Source: an uncultured Lachnospiraceae bacterium (GTDB taxonomy: Bacteria > Bacillota > Clostridia > Lachnospirales > Lachnospiraceae). From it: a stretch of DNA of 64,000 nucleotides. The stretch spans positions 5,592 to 69,591 of the forward strand of contig CAZTKJ010000007.1 in assembly GCA_964614185.1 (NCBI GenBank), read 5' to 3'. The notes beneath the pieces were generated by a model. The model saw only the letters and a list, made by a program, of their open reading frames with translations. It did no database searches and was not told the DNA's origin. A program made the position numbers and the translations under genes. Positions 12,027 through 21,591 of the stretch are shown piece after piece. Numbering within the stretch: position 1 is the stretch's first letter; every line of letters begins with the position of its first letter.

Positions 12027-12086
12027 GATATATCCTTTCCTTATAACTCAAGAATAATATTCCTAAATATCCCATCTATCCTTTTC

Positions 12087-12110
12087 AAACATACGTTCTT
12101 ATTTAGTATA
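12087..12110 (-). promoter_or_regulatory. LexA (SOS) box next to the extended -10 of uvrBA
   Basis: GAACGTATGTTT (12087-12098) is one mismatch from GAAC-N4-GTTC; TGG-TATACT -10 at 12105-12110. Confidence 0.75.
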
Positions 12111-12121
12111 CCACAAAAATA

Positions 12122-12160
12122 AAAAAAGTATAGGGGTAATTTATATCCCTATACTTTTTT
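12122..12160. terminator. intrinsic terminator after the S41 peptidase gene
   Basis: AAAAAAGTATAGGG/CCCTATACTTTTTT inverted repeat. Confidence 0.8.
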
Positions 12161-12186
12161 AATCTTTTATTTATCACTTACTGCCT

Positions 12187-13446
12187 TTATCCTATTTTCC
12201 CTTCTAAGACCTCAATGGCTTTTTCTACCTGATTGTCTGTTCCATCCTGTTCATAAGCATCATAATCATACTCAAGTTCTATATCAGGTTCTATGCCGAT
12301 TCCATGGATATTTTTCCCTGAAGGAGTAAAATATGCACTGACAGTCAGTTTAATAGCCGTACCGTCATCTAAACGATTGATCCTCTGAACAATACCCTTA
12401 CCGTAAGTAGTAGTGCCGATCAACGTCCCTTTATTGTAATCCTTTATGGCGCCTGATAAGATTTCGGAAGCGCTTGCAGAATATTCATTTATTAATACTA
12501 CCATGGGAATATCGATTTCATGCTCACCATCGCAGGTATACTCTGTACGCTTACCGGCTTTGTCTTCCGTATATACAATAAGACCCTCCGGCAGAAGCCG
12601 TCTGGAAATATCTACCACTGCCGCCAAATCACCACCGGGATTGCTTCTAAGATCAAGAATCAGCCCTTTCATTCCGGAAGCTCTCAGCTCTGCCATAGCT
12701 TCATTAAACTGATCTACCGTTACACCATCAAACTCCCTGATTCTCAGATACCCGATGCTATTGGTATTTTCCAGCATACTGCTCTGGACAGTTTCTGTCT
12801 CTATCAGTTTCCCCCGGACAATATCCATTTCCAAAAAATCCGGCTCCCCTTCTCGATAAATAGTCAGGTGGACTGTTGTATTTTCCTTGCCTTTAACACG
12901 GGCAACCACTTCCGTAACGCTCAAGCCCCTTGTTTCTTCTCCATCTACTTTATAAATAATATCTCCTGCTCTCAATCCTGCCTTAGCAGCGGGAGTATCT
13001 TCCAACACTCCACTGATCATGGCAGTGTCCATTTCTTTATTCAGACTGACCTGGGCACCGATACCATAGGAAATACCCTTATTACTGTTTAAAGTTTCTT
13101 CCAGTTCTTCTTTTGTATAATATTCAGAGTAAGGATCATTTAAAGCAGCCACCATTCCCTTATAAATACCGACCTGCAGTTCTTCCGGTGTAACCTCTTC
13201 CCCATAATAACATTCTGCTATGACCTCTTCTACCGTCTTCATCTTTTGAAGCGTATCAGTACTGATTATGCTGGCACTGCCGGCAGTCCTGGTTGTAATT
13301 CCCCCTGCCCTTATAATCATATAAATATTTCTGGCGGCAAAAATGCTGCCTGTCAATACTACTGTTAAAAGCACTCCCACCAACATGCCGCATAAAAAGC
13401 TGCGGGAATTTCTTTTTTTATTTTCCGGAAAATCATTTTCCATCAA
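12187..13446 (-). CDS. ctpA: S41 C-terminal processing protease with PDZ domain
   Basis: N-terminal TM, GIGAQV, DLRSNPGG, SASASEI, TYGKG. Confidence 0.9.
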   Translation of the reverse strand: MMENDFPENKKRNSRSFLCGMLVGVLLTVVLTGSIFAARNIYMIIRAGGITTRTAGSASIISTDTLQKMKTVEEVIAECYYGEEVTPEELQVGIYKGMVAALNDPYSEYYTKEELEETLNSNKGISYGIGAQVSLNKEMDTAMISGVLEDTPAAKAGLRAGDIIYKVDGEETRGLSVTEVVARVKGKENTTVHLTIYREGEPDFLEMDIVRGKLIETETVQSSMLENTNSIGYLRIREFDGVTVDQFNEAMAELRASGMKGLILDLRSNPGGDLAAVVDISRRLLPEGLIVYTEDKAGKRTEYTCDGEHEIDIPMVVLINEYSASASEILSGAIKDYNKGTLIGTTTYGKGIVQRINRLDDGTAIKLTVSAYFTPSGKNIHGIGIEPDIELEYDYDAYEQDGTDNQVEKAIEVLEGKIG

Positions 13447-13479
13447 ACATCTCTCCTATTCCGACTATTTCCGGGTCAG

Positions 13480-14694
13480 CTACCCGAAATATCCCCATGG
13501 ATTAACATAATTTCCATCTTTTCTGACGCTGAAATGCAGATGATTGCCCGTGGATCGTCCCGTGGTTCCAACTGCCGCTATCTTTTGTCCCTTAGAGACT
13601 TCCTGTCCTGTAGATACATAAAGTGCAGATGCATGCATATAGATTGTATACAGATTGTCTCCGTGATCGATCATAACATAATTTCCCATGCTGCTGTTAT
13701 ACGCAGCAGCAACTACTTTACCGTTGTAAGCTGCCAGAATGGCACTGCCGCCTGGAGCCGCCATATCAATTCCATTATGGAACTTCTGAATTCCAAGGGT
13801 AGGATGTATTCGGTTGCCGTAGTCATCCGATATTCTGGTGTAGGAAGGCGCCGGCCAGCTAAAGACACCGCCATCATATCTTCTTGCCTGAGCTGCCGCA
13901 AGTTTTCTTCTTTCCTCTGCAACAGCTTTTTCCAGTGCAGCTATGGTGTCATTCTGAGCTGCGATTTCAGCTTCATATTCTGCAATTGCTGCTTCTTTAT
14001 TTCTTATATCGGTAGAAACAGCCATAATCTCCTGTTCCTTAGCTGCAATCAATTCATTTAAGGATGCTTCCTCTGCTTCTACCGTTTTCTTTGCTTCCTC
14101 TAAAACACCCTTTTCTTCTTCCAGTCCCTCTTTACAAAGCGCTACATACTCTGCCTGTGCTACATATTCATCCAACATCTTCCTGTCATAAGAAGAAAGC
14201 ATCTCAATATAATCTGCTTTATTCAGCATATCACCGAAACTTTCAGATGAAAAAAACAACTCCATGTAGAGGGTATCACCCTTTTCATACATGAATTTAA
14301 TCCTCAGCTTCATGGCCTCATACTGAGCTTCCTGTACCTCAATTGCCTCTTCCAGTTCTACTGTCTTATCCTCAATTTCCTGTTCTTTTTGAGAAATCAT
14401 TTCCTTCAGTTCGGCAATTTTAGCCTGAATGTCAGCCAGATTGGCATCCAGCTCCGTAATGTAATTAGCCAGATTGGTTTTAGATGCTTCCAACTGCTTT
14501 TTCAATTCTTTTACATTAGTCAATCCACTCTGGAGATTTTTCTTTTCTTCCTGAGCCTTTTTGATCTCTGCTTCTTTTTGTTTGATACTGTCATTAGTCA
14601 GTTCTGCGTGAGCAACTATCCCGCTATTGCCGCTTACAGACAAAAAAAGCAGAGTACAGAGGAAGCAGCAGAGTACTTTTTTCCATCTTTTCAT
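13480..14694 (-). CDS. coiled-coil M23 peptidoglycan hydrolase/activator, probable FtsEX partner
   Basis: signal peptide, long coiled coil, HNGID and HLH motifs. Confidence 0.9.
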   Translation of the reverse strand: MKRWKKVLCCFLCTLLFLSVSGNSGIVAHAELTNDSIKQKEAEIKKAQEEKKNLQSGLTNVKELKKQLEASKTNLANYITELDANLADIQAKIAELKEMISQKEQEIEDKTVELEEAIEVQEAQYEAMKLRIKFMYEKGDTLYMELFFSSESFGDMLNKADYIEMLSSYDRKMLDEYVAQAEYVALCKEGLEEEKGVLEEAKKTVEAEEASLNELIAAKEQEIMAVSTDIRNKEAAIAEYEAEIAAQNDTIAALEKAVAEERRKLAAAQARRYDGGVFSWPAPSYTRISDDYGNRIHPTLGIQKFHNGIDMAAPGGSAILAAYNGKVVAAAYNSSMGNYVMIDHGDNLYTIYMHASALYVSTGQEVSKGQKIAAVGTTGRSTGNHLHFSVRKDGNYVNPWGYFG

Positions 14695-14696
14695 AC

Positions 14697-15593
14697 TTAA
14701 ACTCTCAAATGTTTTCTAACTGTTACAATACTTCCAAGGAAACCGATTCCTATACCAATGATCAGCGATATAGGTAAAAGCTGTGCAAAAATAACATTCA
14801 CAGGTACAAATGCAAGAATCTTCTGCAAAATTGAAAACCTGGTCATAATATATTCAATAACCTGATTATAAATCACATAAATAATGCCAAGAGGAATCAT
14901 TGCTCCAATAGCTCCTATCAGCATACCTTCAATAACAAAGGGAGAGCGCACAAAAAAGTCAGTAGCTCCTATGTACTTCATAATCGTAATTTCTTCTTTA
15001 CGAACGGAAATGCCGATGGTAACTGTATTACTGATAAGGAAAATGGAGACTGCAAACAAGATAGCTATGATTCCAATAGAAGCATAGGCAATCAATGCGT
15101 TGACACCGCTTAAGGACGCGGCTGTTATCTCCGAACGGTTTACATCCCTGATCCCATCTATTCCCTCTAAATAAGATACCAGCGCCGGCTGCATGGAAAC
15201 ATCATTCATATAAATCTGATAATTAGCAGAATTCTCAAGGGGATTCTCTGTAAAACCGTCTGAGTACTCGCCCAGATATTCTTCTTTGAAGCTCTCCCAT
15301 GCTTCATCCGCAGAAACAAAGTTCATCTTGGACACTTCAGGCCTTTTTTCTATCTCTCTGGCAATCTGATGCATCCTCTCTTCACTGGTCCCTTCATCAA
15401 AAAGTATTGTAACCGACACTCCTTCCTGTGCCGTTTTTACAATACTCTGTACATTAGTCAATATAGAATAGAAAAGGCCAAACAGAAAAAGGCAGGCTCC
15501 TATAGTGGCTATGGATGCCAGTGAAAACCATTTGTTCCTGAAAATATTAATAAGTCCTTGTTTGATGGTATAAAAAAATGTACTAATCCTCAT
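14697..15593 (-). CDS. ftsX: cell division permease FtsX
   Basis: 4-TM pattern with large extracellular loop, ISNTV..R..EI.IMK.IGAT. Confidence 0.95.
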   Translation of the reverse strand: MRISTFFYTIKQGLINIFRNKWFSLASIATIGACLFLFGLFYSILTNVQSIVKTAQEGVSVTILFDEGTSEERMHQIAREIEKRPEVSKMNFVSADEAWESFKEEYLGEYSDGFTENPLENSANYQIYMNDVSMQPALVSYLEGIDGIRDVNRSEITAASLSGVNALIAYASIGIIAILFAVSIFLISNTVTIGISVRKEEITIMKYIGATDFFVRSPFVIEGMLIGAIGAMIPLGIIYVIYNQVIEYIMTRFSILQKILAFVPVNVIFAQLLPISLIIGIGIGFLGSIVTVRKHLRV

Positions 15594-16353
15594 CGTCTAT
15601 ATAACCACCCTTTTCCTCATCACTTACGATAACGCCTTTTTTCATCGTAACGACTCTTTTCTGCATGGCATTTACAATTTCGCGATTGTGAGTAACCACT
15701 AAAACCGTGGTGCCGTTTTCATTGATCTGTTCAAGAAGCTTCATGATTTCCCATGAATTTTTAGGATCCAGATTACCTGTAGGCTCATCTGCAAGCAGAA
15801 TACTGGGTCTGTTAACAAGGGCTCTGGCAATGGCCACTCTCTGCTGCTCCCCACCTGATAATTGCCTGGGTTTTGCCTTATATTTGCCTGCCAGTCCTAC
15901 TGTTGCCAGAATACTCGGCACATTTCTTTTAATTTCCTTATTGGGGGTCTGGATGATACGTTGGGCAAATGCAACATTTTCATAAACATTTCTGTCTTTC
16001 AGAAGACGGAAATCCTGAAATACGATACCCAGATTCCTTCTGAATTTCGGTATTTTCCTATGCCTGATCCGAATCAGGTCATAACCCATCACATTGATTT
16101 CTCCTGATGTAGGAACCAATTCCCGAAGCAGAAGTTTGATCATGGTGGATTTCCCCGAACCGCTGTCTCCTACTATAAATACAAATTCTCCCTTTTTAAT
16201 ATGCAGATCCACACCGTTTAGGGCAGGGGCTCCCGTTGCATACGCTTTACTCACCTTATTCAGTGTAATGATTTCATTATTCCCCGCCGATGCATTTTTT
16301 CTTCTTCTGCCCTTAATTTCCTTAGCCACTTTTTCACCACCTGTATTTATCAA
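15583..16353 (-). CDS. ftsE: cell division ATP-binding protein FtsE
   Basis: GDSGSGKST, LSGGEQQR, ADEPTGNLD; start may be the downstream GTG. Confidence 0.95.
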   Translation of the reverse strand: MINTGGEKVAKEIKGRRRKNASAGNNEIITLNKVSKAYATGAPALNGVDLHIKKGEFVFIVGDSGSGKSTMIKLLLRELVPTSGEINVMGYDLIRIRHRKIPKFRRNLGIVFQDFRLLKDRNVYENVAFAQRIIQTPNKEIKRNVPSILATVGLAGKYKAKPRQLSGGEQQRVAIARALVNRPSILLADEPTGNLDPKNSWEIMKLLEQINENGTTVLVVTHNREIVNAMQKRVVTMKKGVIVSDEEKGGYIDDED

Positions 16354-16358
16354 TCTGT

Positions 16359-17456
16359 TTAATACTCAAAGCCTTCCATATAGTTCATATATTTCACTAC
16401 CATCAATGCAATTCTGAATGTAATCGCATCCTCAAAGATGCGGAGATCCAGTCCTGTACTCTTCTGCAGCTTATCCAGGCGGTACACAAGAGTATTTCTG
16501 TGGATAAACAGTTGTCTGGAAGTTTCTGAAACATTCAGGCTGTTTTCAAAGAATTTATTGATCGTTGTAAGAGTTTCTTCATCAAAATCATCTGGGCCCT
16601 TACCCCCGAAAATTTCTTTGATAAACATTTTGCATAAGGGAATGGGCAGCTGATAAATCAGCCGTCCGATGCCAAGCTCGCTGTAAGCAATCACATTTCT
16701 TTCATCAAAAAATATCTTTCCTACATCTAATGCCATTTTAGCTTCCTTGTAAGAACGGCTCACTTCTTTGATTTCTTTTACTACCGTTCCATATGCAATA
16801 TGGATACCCTTCATGCCTTCTTTTGAAAGAAATGCTTCTATACTGCCTGCAGCTTTTTCAATCTCTTTGGAATTGTCTCCTTCCGAAAGATCCTTAACCA
16901 CGATCACATTATTTTCATCTACTGCCGTAACGAAATCTTTACTGTTACTTCCCAAAAAAGTACGCATTGCTTCCAACGCATTATTATCTTTACCGTTGTC
17001 TGTTTCAATAATCATGGCAACACGGTCAACATCTGTCTGAATATGAAGTTTCTTGGCACGGCTGTAGATATCGATCAGCAACAGATTATCAAGAAGAAGA
17101 TTCTTAATAAAATTATCTTTATCGAAGCGCTCCTTATAAGCAACCAGCAGGTTCTGAATCTGAAAAGCTGCCATCTTGCCTATCATATATACATCTTCAC
17201 CGGTTCCTGATGTGATCAGGACATACTCAAGCTGCTGCTCATCAAAGATCTTAAAATACTGGCATCCCTGGATTTCCTGTGAATCTGCAGGTGATTTGGC
17301 AAATTCCACTACTTCGCTGCTGCCCACTTTTATGTTTCCTGTAGTAGCCGCCATTTCTTTGCCGTCAGTGTCCATGACGCACAGCTCGACTCTTGCAATT
17401 GCCTTTAACCCCTCAATCGTATTTTGCAATATCTGATTTGATATCATATCCCCCAC
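16359..17456 (-). CDS. CdaR/PucR-family transcriptional regulator
   Basis: C-terminal LNVSETSRQLFIHRNTLVYRL HTH and GGDEF-like middle region. Confidence 0.9.
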   Translation of the reverse strand: MGDMISNQILQNTIEGLKAIARVELCVMDTDGKEMAATTGNIKVGSSEVVEFAKSPADSQEIQGCQYFKIFDEQQLEYVLITSGTGEDVYMIGKMAAFQIQNLLVAYKERFDKDNFIKNLLLDNLLLIDIYSRAKKLHIQTDVDRVAMIIETDNGKDNNALEAMRTFLGSNSKDFVTAVDENNVIVVKDLSEGDNSKEIEKAAGSIEAFLSKEGMKGIHIAYGTVVKEIKEVSRSYKEAKMALDVGKIFFDERNVIAYSELGIGRLIYQLPIPLCKMFIKEIFGGKGPDDFDEETLTTINKFFENSLNVSETSRQLFIHRNTLVYRLDKLQKSTGLDLRIFEDAITFRIALMVVKYMNYMEGFEY

Positions 17457-17788
17457 TCCTTTAATTAAATACCTTCCCCATGCAGCTATGCAATATATAC
17501 AATATTTTTATACATATATCTAATTTGCAAAAGAACTTCTTTTTCATTTTAAAGCAAATGCACAAATAAATCTACCCATTTTTATATATTTTTTGTGGAA
17601 TTTTATGTTTTTTCACCATTTTTTTCCTACTGTCATTACTATGCAACATAAACAACGGACGCCACGCTTTGCGAGCCGTCCTTATGTTAACAAAAAAAAT
17701 TTGTTTAAAAATCTTCAAAAGTATTTCTTTTTTTTCATTTCTGTGCTATGATTAAAACACTACTTTAACGTAAGGGGGAAGAAGCGAT

Positions 17789-17977
17789 ATGAATATTCCT
17801 GAATTATCAACTGCGTTATCCAACACAAAGCTTATGGATCAGGTTAGTGTTGCTGTTTTAAGCAAAGCTTTAGACAGTTCTGAAGCAGCCGGTGAAAGTC
17901 TTATTAATATGATGGATCGTTCTATGGAATTATCTGTAAATCCTGCCGTTGGCAGCAATTTTGATATGTTTATTTAA
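17789..17977 (+). CDS. YjfB-family putative motility protein
   Basis: 62 aa, VSVAVLSKALD..E..G..LI.MM..VNP..G.NFD pattern; AAGGGGG RBS. Confidence 0.75.
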   Translation: MNIPELSTALSNTKLMDQVSVAVLSKALDSSEAAGESLINMMDRSMELSVNPAVGSNFDMFI

Positions 17978-18957
17978 AACCTTACCCTATGATACAGACT
18001 GATTATATAGGGCAATATCATTATGACTAAGCAGAGGATAAATGCAATGACTAATGGAATCGTCAGCATTTTATCCTCTTTTTCTTTTCTTTCTTTCCAG
18101 ATCAGAGGAAGGGTACCTCTTCTCCCTTCATGCCCGCACATCCATACAAGCATTCCCCAGGCTAAAGGCAGAGTTACCGCCACAATGACCAGATACCCCG
18201 CCAACGCAAAAATCATGCTCTCTGTATTTATGACAGCGGATGCCTCACTGTAAGCCGAGGGATTAGCCCGCAGCATACGGTACATGGCAAATATCTGACT
18301 GCTGTTGATCAACATATGATAAAGGACAGATGAAAGAAGACTGCCTGTTGCTTCCACCAAAAGCACCGCCATCACACCCATGACAAAAGCATACATGGCC
18401 TGATTAATATTCATATGCAGCAATGCAAATAAAAGAGAAGACAGCATCATGGCCTTAAAAGCGCTTCCCGATTTCCTGTATCCTCTATAATAAATTCCTC
18501 TGCAGATCAGTTCCTCACAGAAAGGGCCAAATATTCCCACTGACAGAAGCAGTCTCCAAAAAGGCATGCTGCCTATCTGATAGCTTTCCATCACTGCAAC
18601 GCTTTGATTTTCCGTAAAGAGCTGGGAAAGCAGATTTACCAGTGATATGACCGGCATACTAAATAAAGTAAAGGGAACAATTACAAGCATGGTGCCTATT
18701 TTCATCTTTTGAAGATGCAGGAATCCTGCCAGATTCTTTTCAAGAAAAATAACAAACAAAAGTCCCGGAAGGACAATTACCAGTTCACAGATCAGATTAT
18801 TGAGAACAATACTGTTCATCAACGCCGGGAACAAATAGGCCGCTCCAAGCATCGCCAGAAAATATAGTATAGTGGATATCAGAAATGCAAGATTAACTTT
18901 TTTACCGTTCACTCTTATTCTCGTCCTTTCAAATTCTGCGGATGCTTTCCTTTTCAA
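17974..18957 (-). CDS. CPBP (CAAX/Abi) intramembrane metalloprotease
   Basis: multi-TM, EELICRG, FALLH, HMLIN motifs. Confidence 0.88.
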   Translation of the reverse strand: MKRKASAEFERTRIRVNGKKVNLAFLISTILYFLAMLGAAYLFPALMNSIVLNNLICELVIVLPGLLFVIFLEKNLAGFLHLQKMKIGTMLVIVPFTLFSMPVISLVNLLSQLFTENQSVAVMESYQIGSMPFWRLLLSVGIFGPFCEELICRGIYYRGYRKSGSAFKAMMLSSLLFALLHMNINQAMYAFVMGVMAVLLVEATGSLLSSVLYHMLINSSQIFAMYRMLRANPSAYSEASAVINTESMIFALAGYLVIVAVTLPLAWGMLVWMCGHEGRRGTLPLIWKERKEKEDKMLTIPLVIAFILCLVIMILPYIISLYHRVRF

Positions 18958-19780
18958 TATTAATTAATCTCTGTTTAAACAGACTGCCTGCTGCCCGTTT
19001 AAATTCGTTTTTACTCATTCCTGTTTTATTTCGGATAAGTTCCGGATCTGATTTATCTCCTATGGGAAGCTCTCCCCCTTCCTCATCCAGTAGCTCAAGA
19101 AGTTTTCTGGCGTCCTGACCGATCTGGATATAGGCTTTTTCCCTGATGCTCAAAGACAGTTTGCCATCCTCTTTTACTTCCGTTATTCTGGCACATACTC
19201 TGTCTCCCACTGCAAGATTGCCGGCAGGTTCGCTTTTAGGTATCAGCGCCGAATAGCAATTGTCCACTGCAACAAAAATTCCGAAATTATTACTGATTTC
19301 ATATACCATACCTTCTACCTTATCATCCTTATGATAAGGACTGTCTGTACGCAGATAATGATATACCTTCATGGTTCCGCAGAGTCTGTTACTTTTGTCA
19401 ATATAAAGAGCCACAAGACATTTATCTCCGGCTTTTACAGGAGCAGTCTGCTCTCCATAAGGCAAAAGCAGATCTTTCTCCAGCCCCCAGTCAAGAAATG
19501 CTCCTATTTTGCTTACCTGTTTTACTGTAAGAAGCGCGAAATCTCCCACCTCCAGCATGGGCTCTCTGGTAGTTGCAATCAACCGGTCCTTAGAATCTCT
19601 ATACACAAAAACCCGCAGCCTGTCATTGATCTCCGCTTCTTCCGGCACCTGTTTGATGGGCAGAAGAACCTTTTGCTCTTCTTCATCCCCGGACCCCGAA
19701 GACGTTGTATCAGCAAGATAAACGCCAAAATCCACTCTCTTTACTACTGTTAATATTTGTTTTTTCCCTAATTCAATCAT
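18929..19780 (-). CDS. cvfB: CvfB-like S1 RNA-binding protein
   Basis: repeated S1 domains, GAFLDWGLEKDLLLP, C-terminal MSKNEFKRAAG winged helix. Confidence 0.88.
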   Translation of the reverse strand: MIELGKKQILTVVKRVDFGVYLADTTSSGSGDEEEQKVLLPIKQVPEEAEINDRLRVFVYRDSKDRLIATTREPMLEVGDFALLTVKQVSKIGAFLDWGLEKDLLLPYGEQTAPVKAGDKCLVALYIDKSNRLCGTMKVYHYLRTDSPYHKDDKVEGMVYEISNNFGIFVAVDNCYSALIPKSEPAGNLAVGDRVCARITEVKEDGKLSLSIREKAYIQIGQDARKLLELLDEEGGELPIGDKSDPELIRNKTGMSKNEFKRAAGSLFKQRLINIEKESIRRI

Positions 19781-19791
19781 GATGACTTCCT

Positions 19792-20499
19792 TTATTTTTG
19801 CAATTCTACTACGCAGCAGACATCGTCCTTTTTATCCTTTAGGACCACAACATAAATCCCCGTTTGTGCCTCAGCCACATAAGGGGTCAATACATCATTT
19901 AAAAAGACCTGTTTCCTGTATTCAACCCTTAGCTGCCTGACAGGTCCTTTCTTTTCCAGTGCATCCATGGCAATCCGCACATATTGTCCGTTATTTACAT
20001 GATGGTTCGTGTCCAGATGATGGGGTCTGATGATTACTTCATTTCCTGCCACAGCTCCCTCCGGCAGAGTAATCTTCCGGGGTGCATATTCCATATCCAG
20101 CTTTGGTTCCACCACATATTTTTCCAGCATCTCTTCCGTAGCCTTTCTGGGCCTTGCACTTTCAGTATCAATCAGGCTCCATATGGCGTTAGCACAGGCA
20201 ATCCTCTTTCCCTTATCATCTTCCATCAGGAAATTACGATATCCTATAAATCCCCTGAAACTGTAAGGCGCTGTTCCTACTGTCACCACTTCTCCAAGAG
20301 CAGGATATCTCTCTATTATGATCTGCCATGAAGATAAGACCCATACCAGATGCTGCTCTCTCAGATATTCCACTCCAAGTCCGATATCTTCCGAATGGAA
20401 TGTAGAACAGTCTTGAAAGTAATCCAATAACGATTCTGTTTTTAAATACCCTGTTTCATCAAGCTCACTGTATCTGATTCTTGTCTGGTAGCTATACAT
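19792..20499 (-). CDS. acyl-ACP thioesterase
   Basis: double hotdog pattern, DTNHHVNNGQY. Confidence 0.88.
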   Translation of the reverse strand: MYSYQTRIRYSELDETGYLKTESLLDYFQDCSTFHSEDIGLGVEYLREQHLVWVLSSWQIIIERYPALGEVVTVGTAPYSFRGFIGYRNFLMEDDKGKRIACANAIWSLIDTESARPRKATEEMLEKYVVEPKLDMEYAPRKITLPEGAVAGNEVIIRPHHLDTNHHVNNGQYVRIAMDALEKKGPVRQLRVEYRKQVFLNDVLTPYVAEAQTGIYVVVLKDKKDDVCCVVELQK

Positions 20500-20520
20500 G
20501 ATCCATCAATCCTTCCTTGA

Positions 20521-20550
20521 AAAAACCCGAAGGACAGATTCCTCCGGGTT
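20521..20550 (-). terminator. terminator after tRNA-Gln
   Basis: AACCCGGAGGA/TCCTTCGGGTT stem plus U-run on the minus strand. Confidence 0.75.
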
Positions 20551-20555
20551 GTCAG

Positions 20556-20627
20556 CTGGGCTACAAGGATTCGAACCTTGAAATGACGGAGTCAGAGTCC
20601 GTTGCCTTACCGTTTGGCGATAGCCCA
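20556..20627 (-). tRNA. tRNA-Gln (anticodon CTG)
   Basis: TGGGCTA/TAGCCCA acceptor stem, ACGGA-CTCTGAC-TCCGT anticodon arm, GGTTCGAATCC T-loop; CCA not encoded. Confidence 0.97.
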
Positions 20628-20656
20628 ATATTATATTCTGCGTTTTGCACTTGGAT

Positions 20657-20685
20657 ATAATAACTCATTTTATCATAAAAAGCAA
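20657..20685 (-). promoter_or_regulatory. sigma-A promoter of tRNA-Gln
   Basis: TTGCTT-17-TATTAT. Confidence 0.6.
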
Positions 20686-20861
20686 GTACTTTTTCTAAAT
20701 TTAAAAAAATTTTTCCGGTTTGGATCGTTACTTTTTTATCAGGATGTATTTTTTTTAATAATTTCCATTTTTCTTTTTAAAACTATTTTCAATAATTTGA
20801 AAATCTGATATTCTTTTATTATCATGAAAGCGTTTACATGCTTATATTAGGAGGTTACAAA

Positions 20862-21533
20862 ATGAGATATTTTTTCAACGGTAAAATCGACAAACAAGAC
20901 GATGTCTATAGCATCCGCATTCCTTTTAACATCTGGGAAGTATGCAAACAGCGGGATGTTATTCAGGCAGATCTTGTATTAGACAACAAGATTATTGATT
21001 GCGAGCTGCTTCCCGAGGAAAAGGGAAATTATAAGATCCATCTTACATCAGATGATGTTTCCCATATTAACATTGATGAAAAACATAAACTTCTCCTGCA
21101 TGTTACAGGCAGTCTGATCCAAATGAACCAGAACAGCCCTTATAGCTTTGAAAACCCTATCCGTAAAATAGACGGCATTGACATCATTATCCAGCCGGAA
21201 GACGGCCTGTGCGGACAAACCTGTGTTGCTATGCTGGCCGGTGTTACTATTGCGGAAGTAATCAGCGTTATGGACTGCAGAGAATGGCAGGGTACCATGG
21301 GCCGCGTAATTTCCGCATTAAATTACTATGGTATCGATCATACCGATATTATTGTTTATACGGAAGGTGAAAATGCCACTCTTCCTAAATGCTGTATTAT
21401 GATGGAAAAAATGGGACGGTATTGCCATTATCTCCTTCACTATGACGGCAAATTCTATGATTCCAATTTAGGTGTTTTAAAAGAATATGACATGAGCAAA
21501 CTGCTTGGATTCCTTGAAATCAAAGTAAATTGA
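20862..21533 (+). CDS. DUF1905-like N-terminus fused to a C39-like cysteine peptidase domain
   Basis: QPEDGLCGQTCVAML plus downstream H and D (CHYLLHYDGKFYD); GGAGG RBS before MRYFF. Confidence 0.7.
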   Translation: MRYFFNGKIDKQDDVYSIRIPFNIWEVCKQRDVIQADLVLDNKIIDCELLPEEKGNYKIHLTSDDVSHINIDEKHKLLLHVTGSLIQMNQNSPYSFENPIRKIDGIDIIIQPEDGLCGQTCVAMLAGVTIAEVISVMDCREWQGTMGRVISALNYYGIDHTDIIVYTEGENATLPKCCIMMEKMGRYCHYLLHYDGKFYDSNLGVLKEYDMSKLLGFLEIKVN

Positions 21534-21540
21534 GATAACA

Positions 21541-21568
21541 GATAAACCCCTCTTTTGAGGGGTTTATC
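21541..21568. terminator. hairpin between convergent genes
   Basis: perfect 12-bp stem GATAAACCCCTC/GAGGGGTTTATC. Confidence 0.8.
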
Positions 21569-21591
21569 CATGATAATTCCTGAAGGATTTT

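Noticed and set aside
17645-17700. c-di-GMP-I riboswitch, suggested by CGCAAAGC on the minus strand near a motility gene
   Set aside because: no upstream GGCAAA with GNRA-capped stem and no downstream CTAA-type element
20556-21568. tRNA-anchored integrative element
   Set aside because: the neighbouring gene is 5' of the tRNA; no integrase or duplicated tRNA 3' end seen
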